Of a stretch of 64,000 bases of DNA, positions 8,762 through 19,343 are shown in pieces. The stretch covers positions 69,812 through 133,811 of the forward strand of contig JBJXHE010000071.1 of the NCBI GenBank assembly GCA_046160785.1, written 5' to 3'. Source of the DNA: Planctomycetota bacterium. GTDB taxonomy: Bacteria; Planctomycetota; UBA1135; JACQFD01. A program made the position numbers and the translations under genes. Each line of letters begins with the position of its first letter. Positions within the stretch are counted from its first letter, which is position 1. The notes under the pieces were generated by a model that was not told the origin of the DNA, searched no databases, and worked only from the letters and a program-made list of their open reading frames with translations.

Positions 8762-10012
8762 ATGGGCGATTCACGCGTGCCACCAAAAAAAGTTTCGATT
8801 CACCGCCGGCGATGGGTCCGAATTGCAATAGTAGTAATCGGTCTTTTTGTAGTTGCAAGAATCTTTGCATTCGACATACGACAAATACCGTCGAATTCAA
8901 TGTTGCCCACTCTGCGCGGCGACGAAAAAACCGGCGATCGCGTGTTTGTCGATTTGTTAACACCCTTGTTTCGCGCGCCCGAGCGATTTGAAGTTGTAGC
9001 ATTCCACGATCCGCAACAAAAAGGCAGAGATTTAGTGAAACGCGTCGGCGGCCTGCCGGGCGAAACCGTATTGTTACGAGACGGCGATATTAATATTAAC
9101 GGAAAACTTTATCGTAAAAACGCCGAAGAACGGCGGCGCGTGCGCGTTCCGATTTTTAGAGAATCAAAGCATGCAAATGGAATCAAAGACGGATTTGATA
9201 TAACCGAGTTTAAAAACTTGTCGGAATTCGACCCGGCCCATTGGTTGCATTCTCGCCTTGAATCCCAGTCTGCGGGGATTCTTTACAAAAGTACGATAAT
9301 TCCATCCGATGGTTTTGAAAACGATGACGGCTCATACGCGCGACGCCCGGGCGAACTGCCTGTCTTTGATTTACAATTTGAGATTCCGATTCGGTTAGAC
9401 CCGATTTATGCAAAGTTTTTGTTATGTTTACAACATGGCGGGGATGAATTCATATTTGTATTATCATCCAACGACTCGACTCCCGATTTAGACTTAAGCG
9501 TCGAACGACGCTCAATCGTGAAATCGAGAGAAGACAATCAAGGGACGCTTCTTTCAACCATTATTTACAAGGGCACGCTAACGCGAGCGCGTGCAGGTCA
9601 GACCGCGCGATTATCATTTTCAAATATCGATTGTAGAATTAGCGTTGAAGTCAACGGAGAAGAGTTCAAAATTCCAGGATCATTACCATTTGATTACGAT
9701 ACTCATACTCCATACTTGCCAATCGGAGGCGCTGCAAAGCGCCTTCGTAGCGGAATCGAGTTTGTATTTGTAAAATCCACTTTCGGTGCCGCCGGCGAAG
9801 TTAACATTTATCGCGATGTTGTTTATGAACCGCGCGGCGAACACGGTTGTAAAAATGAATATCTGTTAGCTAAGAATCAGTATTTTTTGTTAGGAGACTA
9901 TTCTTCCGACAGCACTGACAGCCGCGTGTTCGGGGCTGTTTCGGGCGACGATTGGATTGGTTATCTTCGTGCGATCGTTTCGCCGTGGTCGCGCGCGCGT
10001 TTTATTAAGTAG
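8762..10012 (+). CDS. lepB: signal peptidase I with an enlarged non-catalytic insert
   Basis: N-terminal TM helix. Box B SNSMLPTL, box D KRVGGLPGE, box E LLGDYSSDSTDSRVFG. About 270 aa lie between boxes D and E. Confidence 0.8.
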   Translation: MGDSRVPPKKVSIHRRRWVRIAIVVIGLFVVARIFAFDIRQIPSNSMLPTLRGDEKTGDRVFVDLLTPLFRAPERFEVVAFHDPQQKGRDLVKRVGGLPGETVLLRDGDININGKLYRKNAEERRRVRVPIFRESKHANGIKDGFDITEFKNLSEFDPAHWLHSRLESQSAGILYKSTIIPSDGFENDDGSYARRPGELPVFDLQFEIPIRLDPIYAKFLLCLQHGGDEFIFVLSSNDSTPDLDLSVERRSIVKSREDNQGTLLSTIIYKGTLTRARAGQTARLSFSNIDCRISVEVNGEEFKIPGSLPFDYDTHTPYLPIGGAAKRLRSGIEFVFVKSTFGAAGEVNIYRDVVYEPRGEHGCKNEYLLAKNQYFLLGDYSSDSTDSRVFGAVSGDDWIGYLRAIVSPWSRARFIK

Positions 10013-10193
10013 CGTTCGCCTCCGGCCCAACATTTTAATAATTTTGTTACACGACTCGGAACCTCAACGTACTGTTAATAAAACCATGCGTTTTGCCCGA
10101 CAAAACCCATCCGCGAGCGCGGCCCGGTCATCGAGCCGAACGGCCACCGAAACCCGCCCGGCCCGGCGCGGTTCTTACAACCGCTGATCAACG

Positions 10194-10859
10194 ATGGAAT
10201 CGAACGAGCCGACGGACCGCGGTGCCGACTGGATGCTGGCGGTTCAGGCGGGCGACCTCGCCGCATTCGATCGAATTGTTGATGAATATAAAGATTTCGT
10301 GCACCAGCTTGTATACAAATTCACGGGCCGGCGCGAAGGGGTCGAAGACCTCGCGCAGGAAGTTTTTTTGAGGATTTACCGCGCCCGCGAACGCTACAGG
10401 CCCGATGCGAAGTTTAAAACTTGGATTTTTCGAATTGTTTATAATCTTTGCATCAATACTACAAAATCGCGCAATGCTAAAAAAACAACATCGCTCGATG
10501 CACCGCTTGGAGGCGGCGAACCCGGCGCGTCGCTGCGCGACGTCATGACGAGCCCGGGAATCGAGCCTCCTCTCGGAAAGTTAGAAAAAGAGGAATTGTA
10601 TATTCGCCTCCGCGGAGCGCTTGCGGCGCTTCCCGCGCAGCAGCGCGCGGCGATGACGTTGTATCAATACCGCGGGTTGAGTCTTCGCGAGATTGCCGAC
10701 GTGATGTCGACTACAGAAAAAGCTGTTAAATCGCTGCTCGCGCGCGCGCGCGAAAATCTACGAGAAAAAATGACGCCGTACGTCGGCAATCAAGACATTG
10801 CCGAACAAGGCGGAACGGGTTCGATTCTTACCAATGGCATCGATCCCATTTTTACATAA
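10194..10859 (+). CDS. ECF (group IV) RNA polymerase sigma factor
   Basis: Region 2 EDLAQEVFLRIYRA...FKTWIFRIVYNLCIN. Region 4 LSLREIADVMSTTEKAVKSLLARARENLR. Confidence 0.85.
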   Translation: MESNEPTDRGADWMLAVQAGDLAAFDRIVDEYKDFVHQLVYKFTGRREGVEDLAQEVFLRIYRARERYRPDAKFKTWIFRIVYNLCINTTKSRNAKKTTSLDAPLGGGEPGASLRDVMTSPGIEPPLGKLEKEELYIRLRGALAALPAQQRAAMTLYQYRGLSLREIADVMSTTEKAVKSLLARARENLREKMTPYVGNQDIAEQGGTGSILTNGIDPIFT

Positions 10860-10918
10860 AACGATATTAACTTTTTGATTCTACCTACTTTATTAGTACT
10901 GACTTTATTAAGACTGCA

Positions 10919-11425
10919 ATGAATACAAATTGCTCAGATTATTGCGAAGACCTGGCCGCGTACGAACGGCTCGATACCGATACTAAGAATCGCGTGGACG
11001 CGCATCTCGCCAGCTGCACGCCGTGCGCGCGTGTGCGGGCAAACGACGCCGCGATATTTCAAATGTTACAAAACGATCCGGGAGTCAAGGCGGGCGCTGA
11101 ATTCGATCAACACGTTCATTCCATCATTCATTGCGACAAAGTTGAAACAAAAGGCAATTTAATATTTAGAAAACCGTGGATCCCAATAGCCACGTTTGCC
11201 GCGTTTGTTCTCGCCTCCATCGCAATTTCGAAGTTTGATTTGATAACTACGGATAAATCGTCCGACGACGACGTCATCGCGAATCTTGATATTCTTGAAC
11301 CGCTTGCGCTTTTGAACGACGCGCTTTCGAACGACGACGCATCTTTACTTTTCGCGATCGGCTCGCTCGATCCGAAGGTGCGCATTGAAACAGTTGTGGG
11401 CGCGTCCGACGCGGAGGAATTCTAA
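10919..11425 (+). CDS. putative anti-sigma factor (zf-HC2-like N-terminus, one TM helix)
   Basis: HLASCTPCA motif, central hydrophobic helix IPIATFAAFVLASIAI, position directly after the ECF sigma gene. Confidence 0.55.
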   Translation: MNTNCSDYCEDLAAYERLDTDTKNRVDAHLASCTPCARVRANDAAIFQMLQNDPGVKAGAEFDQHVHSIIHCDKVETKGNLIFRKPWIPIATFAAFVLASIAISKFDLITTDKSSDDDVIANLDILEPLALLNDALSNDDASLLFAIGSLDPKVRIETVVGASDAEEF

Positions 11426-12444
11426 TGATTCGTTTATTACAAATCGGTTTGTGTCTATGGGTGTGTTCTGCCGTTTTTGTTAAGAGCGGACACTCGCAAG
11501 ACACTGCAACAAAACCGAAGTCGGAATCGTCGGCGAAGGAACGTTGGAACCAACTCAGCGAGCCTGAGCGCGAGAAGTTTCGTCAAATTTACAATAATTT
11601 CAAAACACTTTCGAAAGATGAACAGTTAAAACTGCGCGACCGCGCGCAGGCCGTGAAGCGCGAGTGCGATTTGATAGAAAAGCGGGTTTCGGCCGACGAC
11701 CACGCCGTCATTTCCGTGCTCGGAACCGATGCTAAAGATCAGGTGTTGCGCCAGGCGGTGATGGAAGTTTTTCGCGCGCGATACCGCGGAATGGAACATA
11801 TCTTATCGAAAGACAAGATTCAGGCTGCGTTACAATTAGAGCCCGCCGCGCGAGACGCCGCTCTGCGCCGTCTTGCCGAAGAGATGCTCGGCGAAATTGT
11901 TAAGAAAACCCTGCGCAGCGCGGAAAAGCGAAAGACAATTACTACAGAAGAATCCGCGCGCATCAGCGCGATGGACCCGCACCTCGCGTGGGCCGAAGTA
12001 TTAGATATTCGAAAAAAGAGCACGCTTGCCGACATTGAGCGCCACCCGGAACGATTCGGCGAAATAACAGATACAGAAATGTCGGAATTGCGAACCATGC
12101 CGACGGAAAAGTTCTTTTCGCGAATTGAAGCATTGCGTGCGGTTCCTCGCGTTTTTGGAGATAAGTTGCCTTGCCCGCCCGGCCCCAATGATAAATTTGG
12201 ACGCAGCCACGGCCCTCATTTCAATGAAGAGCTTCGGGCAAAGTTGGAAGCTGAAATCCGCGCGAAAGCCAAAGCCGCATTATTAGCAAAAGGCGTGTCG
12301 CCCGAAGAAGCCGAAAAGCAAATAAAAGAAACGCCGCCTTGGATGTTAATGAAAAACCTCGGCGGACGAGGCAAGCGCGAATCTTCGCCGAGTTCGCGGC
12401 GAGGCAAGCCTGAACATGAAAAAAGGGACCACGAGAAAAAGTAA
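11425..12444 (+). CDS. secreted charged helical protein, DUF3106-like
   Basis: Signal peptide MIRLLQIGLCLWVCSAVFV. ERWNQLSEPEREKFRQIYNNFKTLSKDEQLKLRDRA resembles DUF3106 repeats. One-nucleotide TAATG overlap with the upstream gene. Confidence 0.5.
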   Translation: MIRLLQIGLCLWVCSAVFVKSGHSQDTATKPKSESSAKERWNQLSEPEREKFRQIYNNFKTLSKDEQLKLRDRAQAVKRECDLIEKRVSADDHAVISVLGTDAKDQVLRQAVMEVFRARYRGMEHILSKDKIQAALQLEPAARDAALRRLAEEMLGEIVKKTLRSAEKRKTITTEESARISAMDPHLAWAEVLDIRKKSTLADIERHPERFGEITDTEMSELRTMPTEKFFSRIEALRAVPRVFGDKLPCPPGPNDKFGRSHGPHFNEELRAKLEAEIRAKAKAALLAKGVSPEEAEKQIKETPPWMLMKNLGGRGKRESSPSSRRGKPEHEKRDHEKK

Positions 12445-12445
12445 A

Positions 12446-13843
12446 TTAACTATTGCGGCGTAGGAGCGCGAAGCCTTCGCGCACCTGCGATTTCAGCTCG
12501 TGCATCGTTCGAACGCTTGCAAGTCGATGTAACAAATAACTGGGACGTAAATAAAACTTCCGGATCGCGTGCCGCTTCAACGCTAACATTCTTTCGCGAG
12601 AAAGCGTCGCGGTCGGCATCGACGCCGTCATTCCGCCCTGATCCATGACGCGCGCCGCGGGGTCCGCGAGGCCGCGTTCGACGGCGCTAATTCGAAACGC
12701 GGTGCCGACGCGCGGCACGGCAACGTTAAACGACGCGTAGTCCATCTGTAGTTCAATGGCGTAATTAACAGTTTCGTCGATCGACATTTCTGTATCTTCG
12801 GGAAGACCAATAATAAAAGTGCCGACCGTGCGCAAGCCGAGGCGCTTCGCGCGGCGAAACGCGTCGCGCACCGCTTCGGAACCGTAGCCTTTTTTGTAGC
12901 TTTGCAACACCGGGTCTTCCGGCGATTCGACGCCCATCATGATCGTGTGACAGCCGGCACGTTTCATTAATTTTAATAATTCGTCGTCGGCGAGATCGGG
13001 CCGCGCGTACGTCGTCCATCCAAAGTTAAAATTTTCTTTAATCATTTCCTCGCAAAGTTGCATCCCGCGTTTCTTAACAATTCCAAACGTCTGATCCATA
13101 ACAAATAAATCGCGAATGCCGATGGACTTCAAAAATCGAAATTCTTCGACGACGTCTTCGACGGGCCGCGTCGCAAATCCTAACGTTCCAATGACACAAA
13201 ACGTACACGGATACGGGCAGCCGTAGTCGGTCAAAACTGTAGCAAACGGCGCGCGCCGCGCGAAACTGAACGAATAGCCGGTCTTCGGAAAAAGATCGTG
13301 GCGTGGAATCGGAATTCGATAATTGCCGGATTGTTTACTTCCGCGCGCGCGCCGTGTCGAACCGCCGGTACGAACTGTAGCATTTATCAAATCATCCACT
13401 CTTCCGTCGACGAGCGCGAGCGCGTCGCCGTTTGCAAAACTTTGAAAGCAGCCGTCGAGCCAGGATTCTTCGTTAAGAATCGCCTCGCCGCCGTCGTGCA
13501 GCACGTCGCCGATTGCGAAAATTGTAGCGTTTGTTGCTTGCTTTATTAATTTTAAGAAAACGCGGTCTTCATCCCACGAGACGGCTCCAACTAATGTTAT
13601 AATTGCGTCGGGTGCAAATGCGCGAACCCGCGCCGCCGCCGCGTCGAACGAGAGTCTTTCGGCGATCGCATCTAAAACAACTGTATGATACTTTTCCGCA
13701 AAGACGCCTGAAAGCGTGAGAAGATCAATCGGATGAAATAAATAATTCGATTTCGTTGTCTTGGAACAAAAGTAATCACGAATATACAAATCGCGGCCCG
13801 GGGGATTTAACAACAAAACCCGCTTTTCCGCCTTCTGTATCAT
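12446..13843 (-). CDS. class B (B12-binding-domain) radical SAM protein
   Basis: N-terminal Rossmann-like VLLLNPP...IITLVG region, then CPYPCTFC (CX3CX2C) and a radical SAM core. Confidence 0.85.
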   Translation of the reverse strand: MIQKAEKRVLLLNPPGRDLYIRDYFCSKTTKSNYLFHPIDLLTLSGVFAEKYHTVVLDAIAERLSFDAAAARVRAFAPDAIITLVGAVSWDEDRVFLKLIKQATNATIFAIGDVLHDGGEAILNEESWLDGCFQSFANGDALALVDGRVDDLINATVRTGGSTRRARGSKQSGNYRIPIPRHDLFPKTGYSFSFARRAPFATVLTDYGCPYPCTFCVIGTLGFATRPVEDVVEEFRFLKSIGIRDLFVMDQTFGIVKKRGMQLCEEMIKENFNFGWTTYARPDLADDELLKLMKRAGCHTIMMGVESPEDPVLQSYKKGYGSEAVRDAFRRAKRLGLRTVGTFIIGLPEDTEMSIDETVNYAIELQMDYASFNVAVPRVGTAFRISAVERGLADPAARVMDQGGMTASMPTATLSRERMLALKRHAIRKFYLRPSYLLHRLASVRTMHELKSQVREGFALLRRNS

Positions 13844-13852
13844 GAGCTCTTT

Positions 13853-15187
13853 TTATTGCGACTCGCGCGCGGACGCCTTCGTCGAGCGGCGCGCGCCCGT
13901 AACATTTAATAAATTCTCAACGGCGTTCAAAACTTCGTCGGGCGCGATGCGTTCTAAACAAAGCGGAAACCCGAGGTGGCACGTCGCAAGTTTATTATCG
14001 TGAACGTTAATACACGGGCTGCACGCGGGCGGTTTATAAAATATAAATTTATGCGTCGACAAAGGAGCGTACATCACCGGCGTTTCGGGGCCGAACAACG
14101 CTACAACTGGCCGGTTCATCGCCGCGGCGATGTGGAGCGGGCCTGAATCATTGGATACAACAACGGCGGCGCGGTCGAGCAAGCCTAAGAATCCGTCCAT
14201 CGACAATCCGCCCGCGAAATTATCTAATCGATCAGGATCTGTTGTTTTTAACCGAATCGATTCGACGTAATCGCGCTCGTCGGGCGAGCCCGTCATAACA
14301 ATTCGCACGTCGCCGGGACGCAGCCCGAATCGTAACGATTCGCGCGTGTGGCCGCTGAGGCCGTTTAGAAATGTTATAAAATGTTCGACCGGCCAGCGGC
14401 GTTCGAGAGCGAGCTTCCCGGCGTTTACGTTCACAACAATAATCGGCCGGTTCGGGTTGACGGGCCCGTCGGCGAGCGCGCGATCCGCCTCGGCGCGGCC
14501 CTCGGCCGACGGCGTCGGACCTATCAATTCGGGAAGGGTTACTTCAAATCCGTTTTCGCCGCCCGCGAGCGAACGCGCGTTGCGCGCGACGTGCCAGTAT
14601 CTGTTAAAAGGCGTTTCTTCATCAAAAAAACCGCCGCGCCACACGTCGGGCGATGAGTAGCCCGAAGTCCACGCCGCTTTTGATAATTTAGCAATCAGCG
14701 CGGAAAAGTGAGTTAAGAATTCAAAATCGTATAATCGATCGTAATTTCGGGCGCGGACGCGCAGCAGAGTTCTAATGATTTCGTACGGCATCGACGGCAG
14801 ATTCGATCCGAGCTGAAATGATAAGATTTCGTCGAACGCGCCGAGGCGCCGAGCATAATTAGCATTTCCCGAAAGAGTTAACAAATCGATCGCGGCGCCC
14901 GGAAAACGTTTTCGTAACACTCGAACCGCCGGCCCGAGAAGAGTAATACTTCCCAGGCCCCAAAACTTTACAACCAGAATGCGCTCGGTGCTTTCGGGCG
15001 CGCGCCGGCCAAACCACCGCACGGGCTGCAAAAGCACCTGTGCAGGCGGTCCGAACCAGCGATCAATTTTCTGAAGTGTTTGTACCGAGACGGCCACGCG
15101 AGAAAGCTTATTCTGTAATCGTTGCTTGTGGGTCGAGAAACATAACTCTACGATCCTTCGCTTCCCCCTCTCTCGAAAAAGTATCAA
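13853..15187 (-). CDS. glycosyltransferase family 9 (heptosyltransferase-like)
   Basis: ILVVKFWGLGSITLLGPA and VVSNDSGPLHIAAAMNRPVVALFGPETP. The maximal ORF ends 6 nt from purF, so the real start may be internal (e.g. GTG near 15097). Confidence 0.8.
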   Translation of the reverse strand: MILFRERGKRRIVELCFSTHKQRLQNKLSRVAVSVQTLQKIDRWFGPPAQVLLQPVRWFGRRAPESTERILVVKFWGLGSITLLGPAVRVLRKRFPGAAIDLLTLSGNANYARRLGAFDEILSFQLGSNLPSMPYEIIRTLLRVRARNYDRLYDFEFLTHFSALIAKLSKAAWTSGYSSPDVWRGGFFDEETPFNRYWHVARNARSLAGGENGFEVTLPELIGPTPSAEGRAEADRALADGPVNPNRPIIVVNVNAGKLALERRWPVEHFITFLNGLSGHTRESLRFGLRPGDVRIVMTGSPDERDYVESIRLKTTDPDRLDNFAGGLSMDGFLGLLDRAAVVVSNDSGPLHIAAAMNRPVVALFGPETPVMYAPLSTHKFIFYKPPACSPCINVHDNKLATCHLGFPLCLERIAPDEVLNAVENLLNVTGARRSTKASARESQ

Positions 15188-15193
15188 TATCCG

Positions 15194-16663
15194 ATGTGTG
15201 GTTTCATCGGGGTTTACGCCCCGGACGGCTCCGACGTTTTTCCTGAAATTTACAACGCGCTACTCGCGGTTCAGCATCGCGGACAGGACGCGGCCGGAAT
15301 TGTTACAGCGACGGAATCGTTTCATTCCGAGAAAGGCCCGGGGCTCGTTCGAGATATTTTTGATGAAGAGAGCGCCAAAAAACTGCGTGGCCCGCTTGGT
15401 ATTGGCCACGTTCGTTATCCGACCGTCGGCACCGGAATCGCGGAGGACGTCCAGCCGTTTCTAACAGTTATTCCGACGGGCGTCGCAATGGCGCACAATG
15501 GTAATGTTACTAATTTCCTGGAATTAAAAGGTAAATACTTTCCGAAGCGCGGAGTCCGGCTCGCGTCGGCGTGCGACCTCGAAGCGATTCTTTATATTTT
15601 TGCGCTCGAGTATGCAAAAATGGACGTTCATACGGCGGCGCCCGAGCGCGTTTTTAAAGCTATTAAAGGCGTTTATGACGTTGTTCACGGCGCATACTCA
15701 GTTGTAGGGATTTTCGCCGAGGGCGGATTATTTGCATTCCGGGATCCGTTTGGAATCAAGCCGCTCGTCATGGGAGAGCGCGATACAGAAAAGGGAAAAA
15801 GTTATGCCTTTGCGAGCGAGAGCGCGGCGCTCGATGCGATTGGATATAAAGTATTGCGCGATCTCGACGCGGGCGAAGCGGTTTTTATTGATACAGAAAG
15901 AAAATTGCATTCGCGCAAAATTAGCAATCAGCCGCACCGTCCCTGTATTTTTGAATTAGTATACTTTGCACGGCCGGACTCCTTCCTCGATAATGTTAGT
16001 GTTAGCCGCGCGCGCGTTCGCTTCGGCGAAGCGCTTGGCGAAAGGTGGAAGCAGGACGACGGCCCGCCGGTCGACGCGGTCATACCAATTCCAGAAACCG
16101 CATGTACCGCGGCGCAAGCGATGGCGCGCGTGCTCGGAGTGCCGTATCGCGAGGGGCTTGTTAAGAATCGGTACGTTGGCCGAACATTTATAATGCCGAG
16201 CCAAAAGAAACGGCAGGACGCGATTCGCCGAAAGTTAAATCCCATCAAATTGGAATTTGAAGGAAAGCGCGTTTTGTTAGTTGACGATTCTGTCGTGCGC
16301 GGCAACACCGCGCGCGCATTAGTAAAATTAGCGCGCGACGCGGGAGCCACATTTGTTGGATTTGCGTCAACGTCGCCGCCGCTCATTTCGCCGTGTCCGT
16401 ACGGAATTGATATGGCTACAAAAAAGGAATTTATCGCGCGCGGCCGGACGGTCGACGAGGTGCGACAAGAGCTCGGCGCCGACTTTTTGTCATATCTACA
16501 ACTCGAAGAGATGGAAGCCGCCGCGCGAAAAGGAAATGATAAAATTGAGAGATTCTGCAGCGCGTGCTTTACCGGAAATTATCCAACGGGCGATATAACA
16601 ACTGAAATGTTAACCGCGATTGAAAATGAGCGTTTGGAATCGCGCGAGACGAGCGGCGTATAA
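15194..16663 (+). CDS. purF: amidophosphoribosyltransferase
   Basis: N-terminal nucleophile MCGFIGVY. PRPP loop VLLVDDSVVRGNT. Fe-S Cys ligands (CPYGID, CSACFTGNYP). Confidence 0.95.
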   Translation: MCGFIGVYAPDGSDVFPEIYNALLAVQHRGQDAAGIVTATESFHSEKGPGLVRDIFDEESAKKLRGPLGIGHVRYPTVGTGIAEDVQPFLTVIPTGVAMAHNGNVTNFLELKGKYFPKRGVRLASACDLEAILYIFALEYAKMDVHTAAPERVFKAIKGVYDVVHGAYSVVGIFAEGGLFAFRDPFGIKPLVMGERDTEKGKSYAFASESAALDAIGYKVLRDLDAGEAVFIDTERKLHSRKISNQPHRPCIFELVYFARPDSFLDNVSVSRARVRFGEALGERWKQDDGPPVDAVIPIPETACTAAQAMARVLGVPYREGLVKNRYVGRTFIMPSQKKRQDAIRRKLNPIKLEFEGKRVLLVDDSVVRGNTARALVKLARDAGATFVGFASTSPPLISPCPYGIDMATKKEFIARGRTVDEVRQELGADFLSYLQLEEMEAAARKGNDKIERFCSACFTGNYPTGDITTEMLTAIENERLESRETSGV

Positions 16664-16680
16664 TAAATAAAACGTTTGGC

Positions 16681-18105
16681 ATGCGGTTCGTTCTCGTCAG
16701 CCCCCCGATCGCTGCGTTTCAATTCGGAAGTGTTTTATTAAAAACGCGCTGCTGGCAGCCTTATTCATTAGCGATCGCCGCCGCGGGCCTTGAGAAGCTC
16801 GGCCATGATGTAACTATTCTCGACGGCCACGCGATGGGATGGTCGATCGACGAAACGGTTTCACAAACGTTAGCATTGAACGCCGACGTATTGTTATATT
16901 CAAGCGCACGGCACGACGCGTGGGAGCTGCCGACGCCCGACTACAAGTTCATTTTCGAGTTTTTTGATAAATTAAAGAATCGGTGGCCGGCGGGGCGCCC
17001 GGTCGTGATTGAAGGAACGCACGGCACGCTCGAGCCGAACCGGCTATTTGATAACATTCCGATTTTGACGCTCGTTGCCCGCCACGAACCGGAGCCCGTT
17101 TTATTAACGTTATTTGAAAAGATCAACGAGCCGGCGGCGTGGAGCGAAATTGGCGATTTGAGTTATCGTCTGCCGGGCGGGCGCGTTATTCACAATTCGG
17201 ATGCGAAGCCGTTCGACGACCTTGATTCGCTGCCGATGCCCGCGTTTCATTTATTACCGATGTCGAAGTATCGCGAGCAGGGCGATCCTACAGTTCCGTT
17301 TTCAATTGTAGTGACCTCTCGCGGCTGCCCGATGCCTTGCGGATATTGTTTTAAAGAAATGTTTGGATCGAAACTTCGTTATCGATCGATCCCCAACGTC
17401 ATTCGAGAATTAAAATTACTCGTCGAGACGTTTGGCGTCCGCCGCGTGTTCTTTCACGATCAGATATTTACATTAAATCGGCGTCGCACGCACGACCTTT
17501 GTGAATCGATGATTCGCGAGGGCCTTCCGGAAAAGTTAACATGGCGTTGCCAGACGCGATTGAATGGTATGAAAAACGAAACATTAGAAATCATGCGTGC
17601 CGCGGGTTGTATCGAAATCCAGACGGGCCTCGAATCGGCGTCGCCCGAAATACAAGAAAAGATTCTTAAACTTGACGTTTCCGACTTTTTACAATTTCGC
17701 AGATTTGGCGAACAGATCGGGCTCAAGATTTCGCCGAACAATGTCATCGGCCTCCCCGGAGAAACATTACAAACCGCGATGGAATCACTAAAATTTTATC
17801 ACCGGCTCGGAATCCCTTACGCGCCCAATTTTCATTTCCCGTTTCCTACAACTCCATTTTACAAAAACGCGCGCGAGTCCGGCGAAATCGCAAATGATAG
17901 TTTTGAATTGATTGCAGAGAAAGCGGGGCTCGTCGGAAATCACCTCACGACGACCGACCTTCAAACCATTCTGAAAAGTTGTGAAAAGTGGAATCGCCGG
18001 CTTCGGTGGAAAAACCGTATCTATCAAATGTTTGGGCGCACGTACGGATCGTTAGTATCCGAGCGCGAGCGCGGCGCGCGTGATCCGAGAATGCAACAAA
18101 AGTGA
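16681..18105 (+). CDS. class B (B12-binding-domain) radical SAM protein
   Basis: N-terminal B12-like domain, CPMPCGYC (CX3CX2C). Starts 17 nt after purF and has a GTGA overlap with the next gene. Confidence 0.85.
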   Translation: MRFVLVSPPIAAFQFGSVLLKTRCWQPYSLAIAAAGLEKLGHDVTILDGHAMGWSIDETVSQTLALNADVLLYSSARHDAWELPTPDYKFIFEFFDKLKNRWPAGRPVVIEGTHGTLEPNRLFDNIPILTLVARHEPEPVLLTLFEKINEPAAWSEIGDLSYRLPGGRVIHNSDAKPFDDLDSLPMPAFHLLPMSKYREQGDPTVPFSIVVTSRGCPMPCGYCFKEMFGSKLRYRSIPNVIRELKLLVETFGVRRVFFHDQIFTLNRRRTHDLCESMIREGLPEKLTWRCQTRLNGMKNETLEIMRAAGCIEIQTGLESASPEIQEKILKLDVSDFLQFRRFGEQIGLKISPNNVIGLPGETLQTAMESLKFYHRLGIPYAPNFHFPFPTTPFYKNARESGEIANDSFELIAEKAGLVGNHLTTTDLQTILKSCEKWNRRLRWKNRIYQMFGRTYGSLVSERERGARDPRMQQK

Positions 18106-19259
18106 AAATACTTATTACAACCCCCGTGTTTCCGCCCGACCTCGGAGGTCCGGCGGTGTATGTACCTTCGATCGCGAAATGGCTTGTTTCGCGCGGGCAC
18201 GACGTGAAAGTTGTAGCATTCTGCGAAGACCCGGATCCGAAGGGTTATCCCTATCCCGTTATCGCGATCACGCGCGTTTCACTGCCGATCCGATATATTA
18301 AATCTTTCTTCGCAATTTTGCGCGAAGTGAAAGATCGCGATATTGTTTATGTTCAGGAGCATTTGGCTTTGTTAGCCATTCTCGCGGCGAAATTGCGCGG
18401 CAAGCCCGCGATCGTGCGAGTGATGGTCGACGGCACGTGGGAGATCGCGCACCGCTTCGGCTGGACGCAAGATAATATTGTTGATTTCCAAACGAGCGGG
18501 AAAGGCTGGAAAGTTAAATTATCAAGATTTCTGCAGCGCCGTTGGTGGAAATGGGCATCGCGGATCATTCCGGTATCCGATTTCCTCCGCGGAATTGTAT
18601 TATCGCACGGCACCGATCCGAAAAAAGTTGTGAGGATTTACAACGCGTACAACGGGCCGAAGAATATTGATATTCAAAAAGCGGAAGCGCGCAAAGCGCA
18701 CGGCCTTCCTCCCAACGCTAAAATTCTTCTCACGATTTGTAGACTTATGATCTGGAAGGGCGTCGACGGCATTCTGCGCGCTCTCGCGAAGCTTCCGAAA
18801 GATTATTATTTTGTCGTTTGCGGCGATGGCGAAGAATTGGATAATTGGCGAAAGTTAGGAAACGAGCTCGGCGTTGGCGACCGCGTCAAATGGTGCGGGA
18901 ACGTAGCCCACAGAGACGTGATTGAATACATTCGCGCGGCCGACGTTTTTATATTAAATTCAAATTATGAAGGCCTTTCGCACACGCTTTTGGAAGTGAT
19001 GTACGTCGGCACGCCGATTATTGCATCGCACGTCTGCGGCAATCCCGAATTGATACAAGACTCCGTCAACGGATTCACGATGGCGTTCAACGACGCCGAT
19101 CGCATTGCGTGGGCGGCAGCCGAGATTGTTGAAAAACCCGAACTTGCTAAGACTTTCTCAGAGCGGTCGCGCGAGAGAATTAAAGAGTTTGATAAAGAAA
19201 AGTTATTCTTAAAGAAAGAAAGTTTGTTTGAGGAAGTGATCGCTGAACACAAACGCTGA
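18102..19259 (+). CDS. glycosyltransferase family 4 (GT-B, GT1 clan)
   Basis: MKILITTPVFPPDLGGP N-terminus. EX7E region EGLSHTLLEVMYVGTPIIASHVCGNPE. Confidence 0.85.
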   Translation: MKILITTPVFPPDLGGPAVYVPSIAKWLVSRGHDVKVVAFCEDPDPKGYPYPVIAITRVSLPIRYIKSFFAILREVKDRDIVYVQEHLALLAILAAKLRGKPAIVRVMVDGTWEIAHRFGWTQDNIVDFQTSGKGWKVKLSRFLQRRWWKWASRIIPVSDFLRGIVLSHGTDPKKVVRIYNAYNGPKNIDIQKAEARKAHGLPPNAKILLTICRLMIWKGVDGILRALAKLPKDYYFVVCGDGEELDNWRKLGNELGVGDRVKWCGNVAHRDVIEYIRAADVFILNSNYEGLSHTLLEVMYVGTPIIASHVCGNPELIQDSVNGFTMAFNDADRIAWAAAEIVEKPELAKTFSERSRERIKEFDKEKLFLKKESLFEEVIAEHKR

Positions 19260-19343
19260 CAAACTTGGCGATTGTCGTCGCGCGGCGCCGGCGCCGAATT
19301 TTTTGAGAACTCCAACGGCGCGAGGCAGTCTATCCATGCTGTC

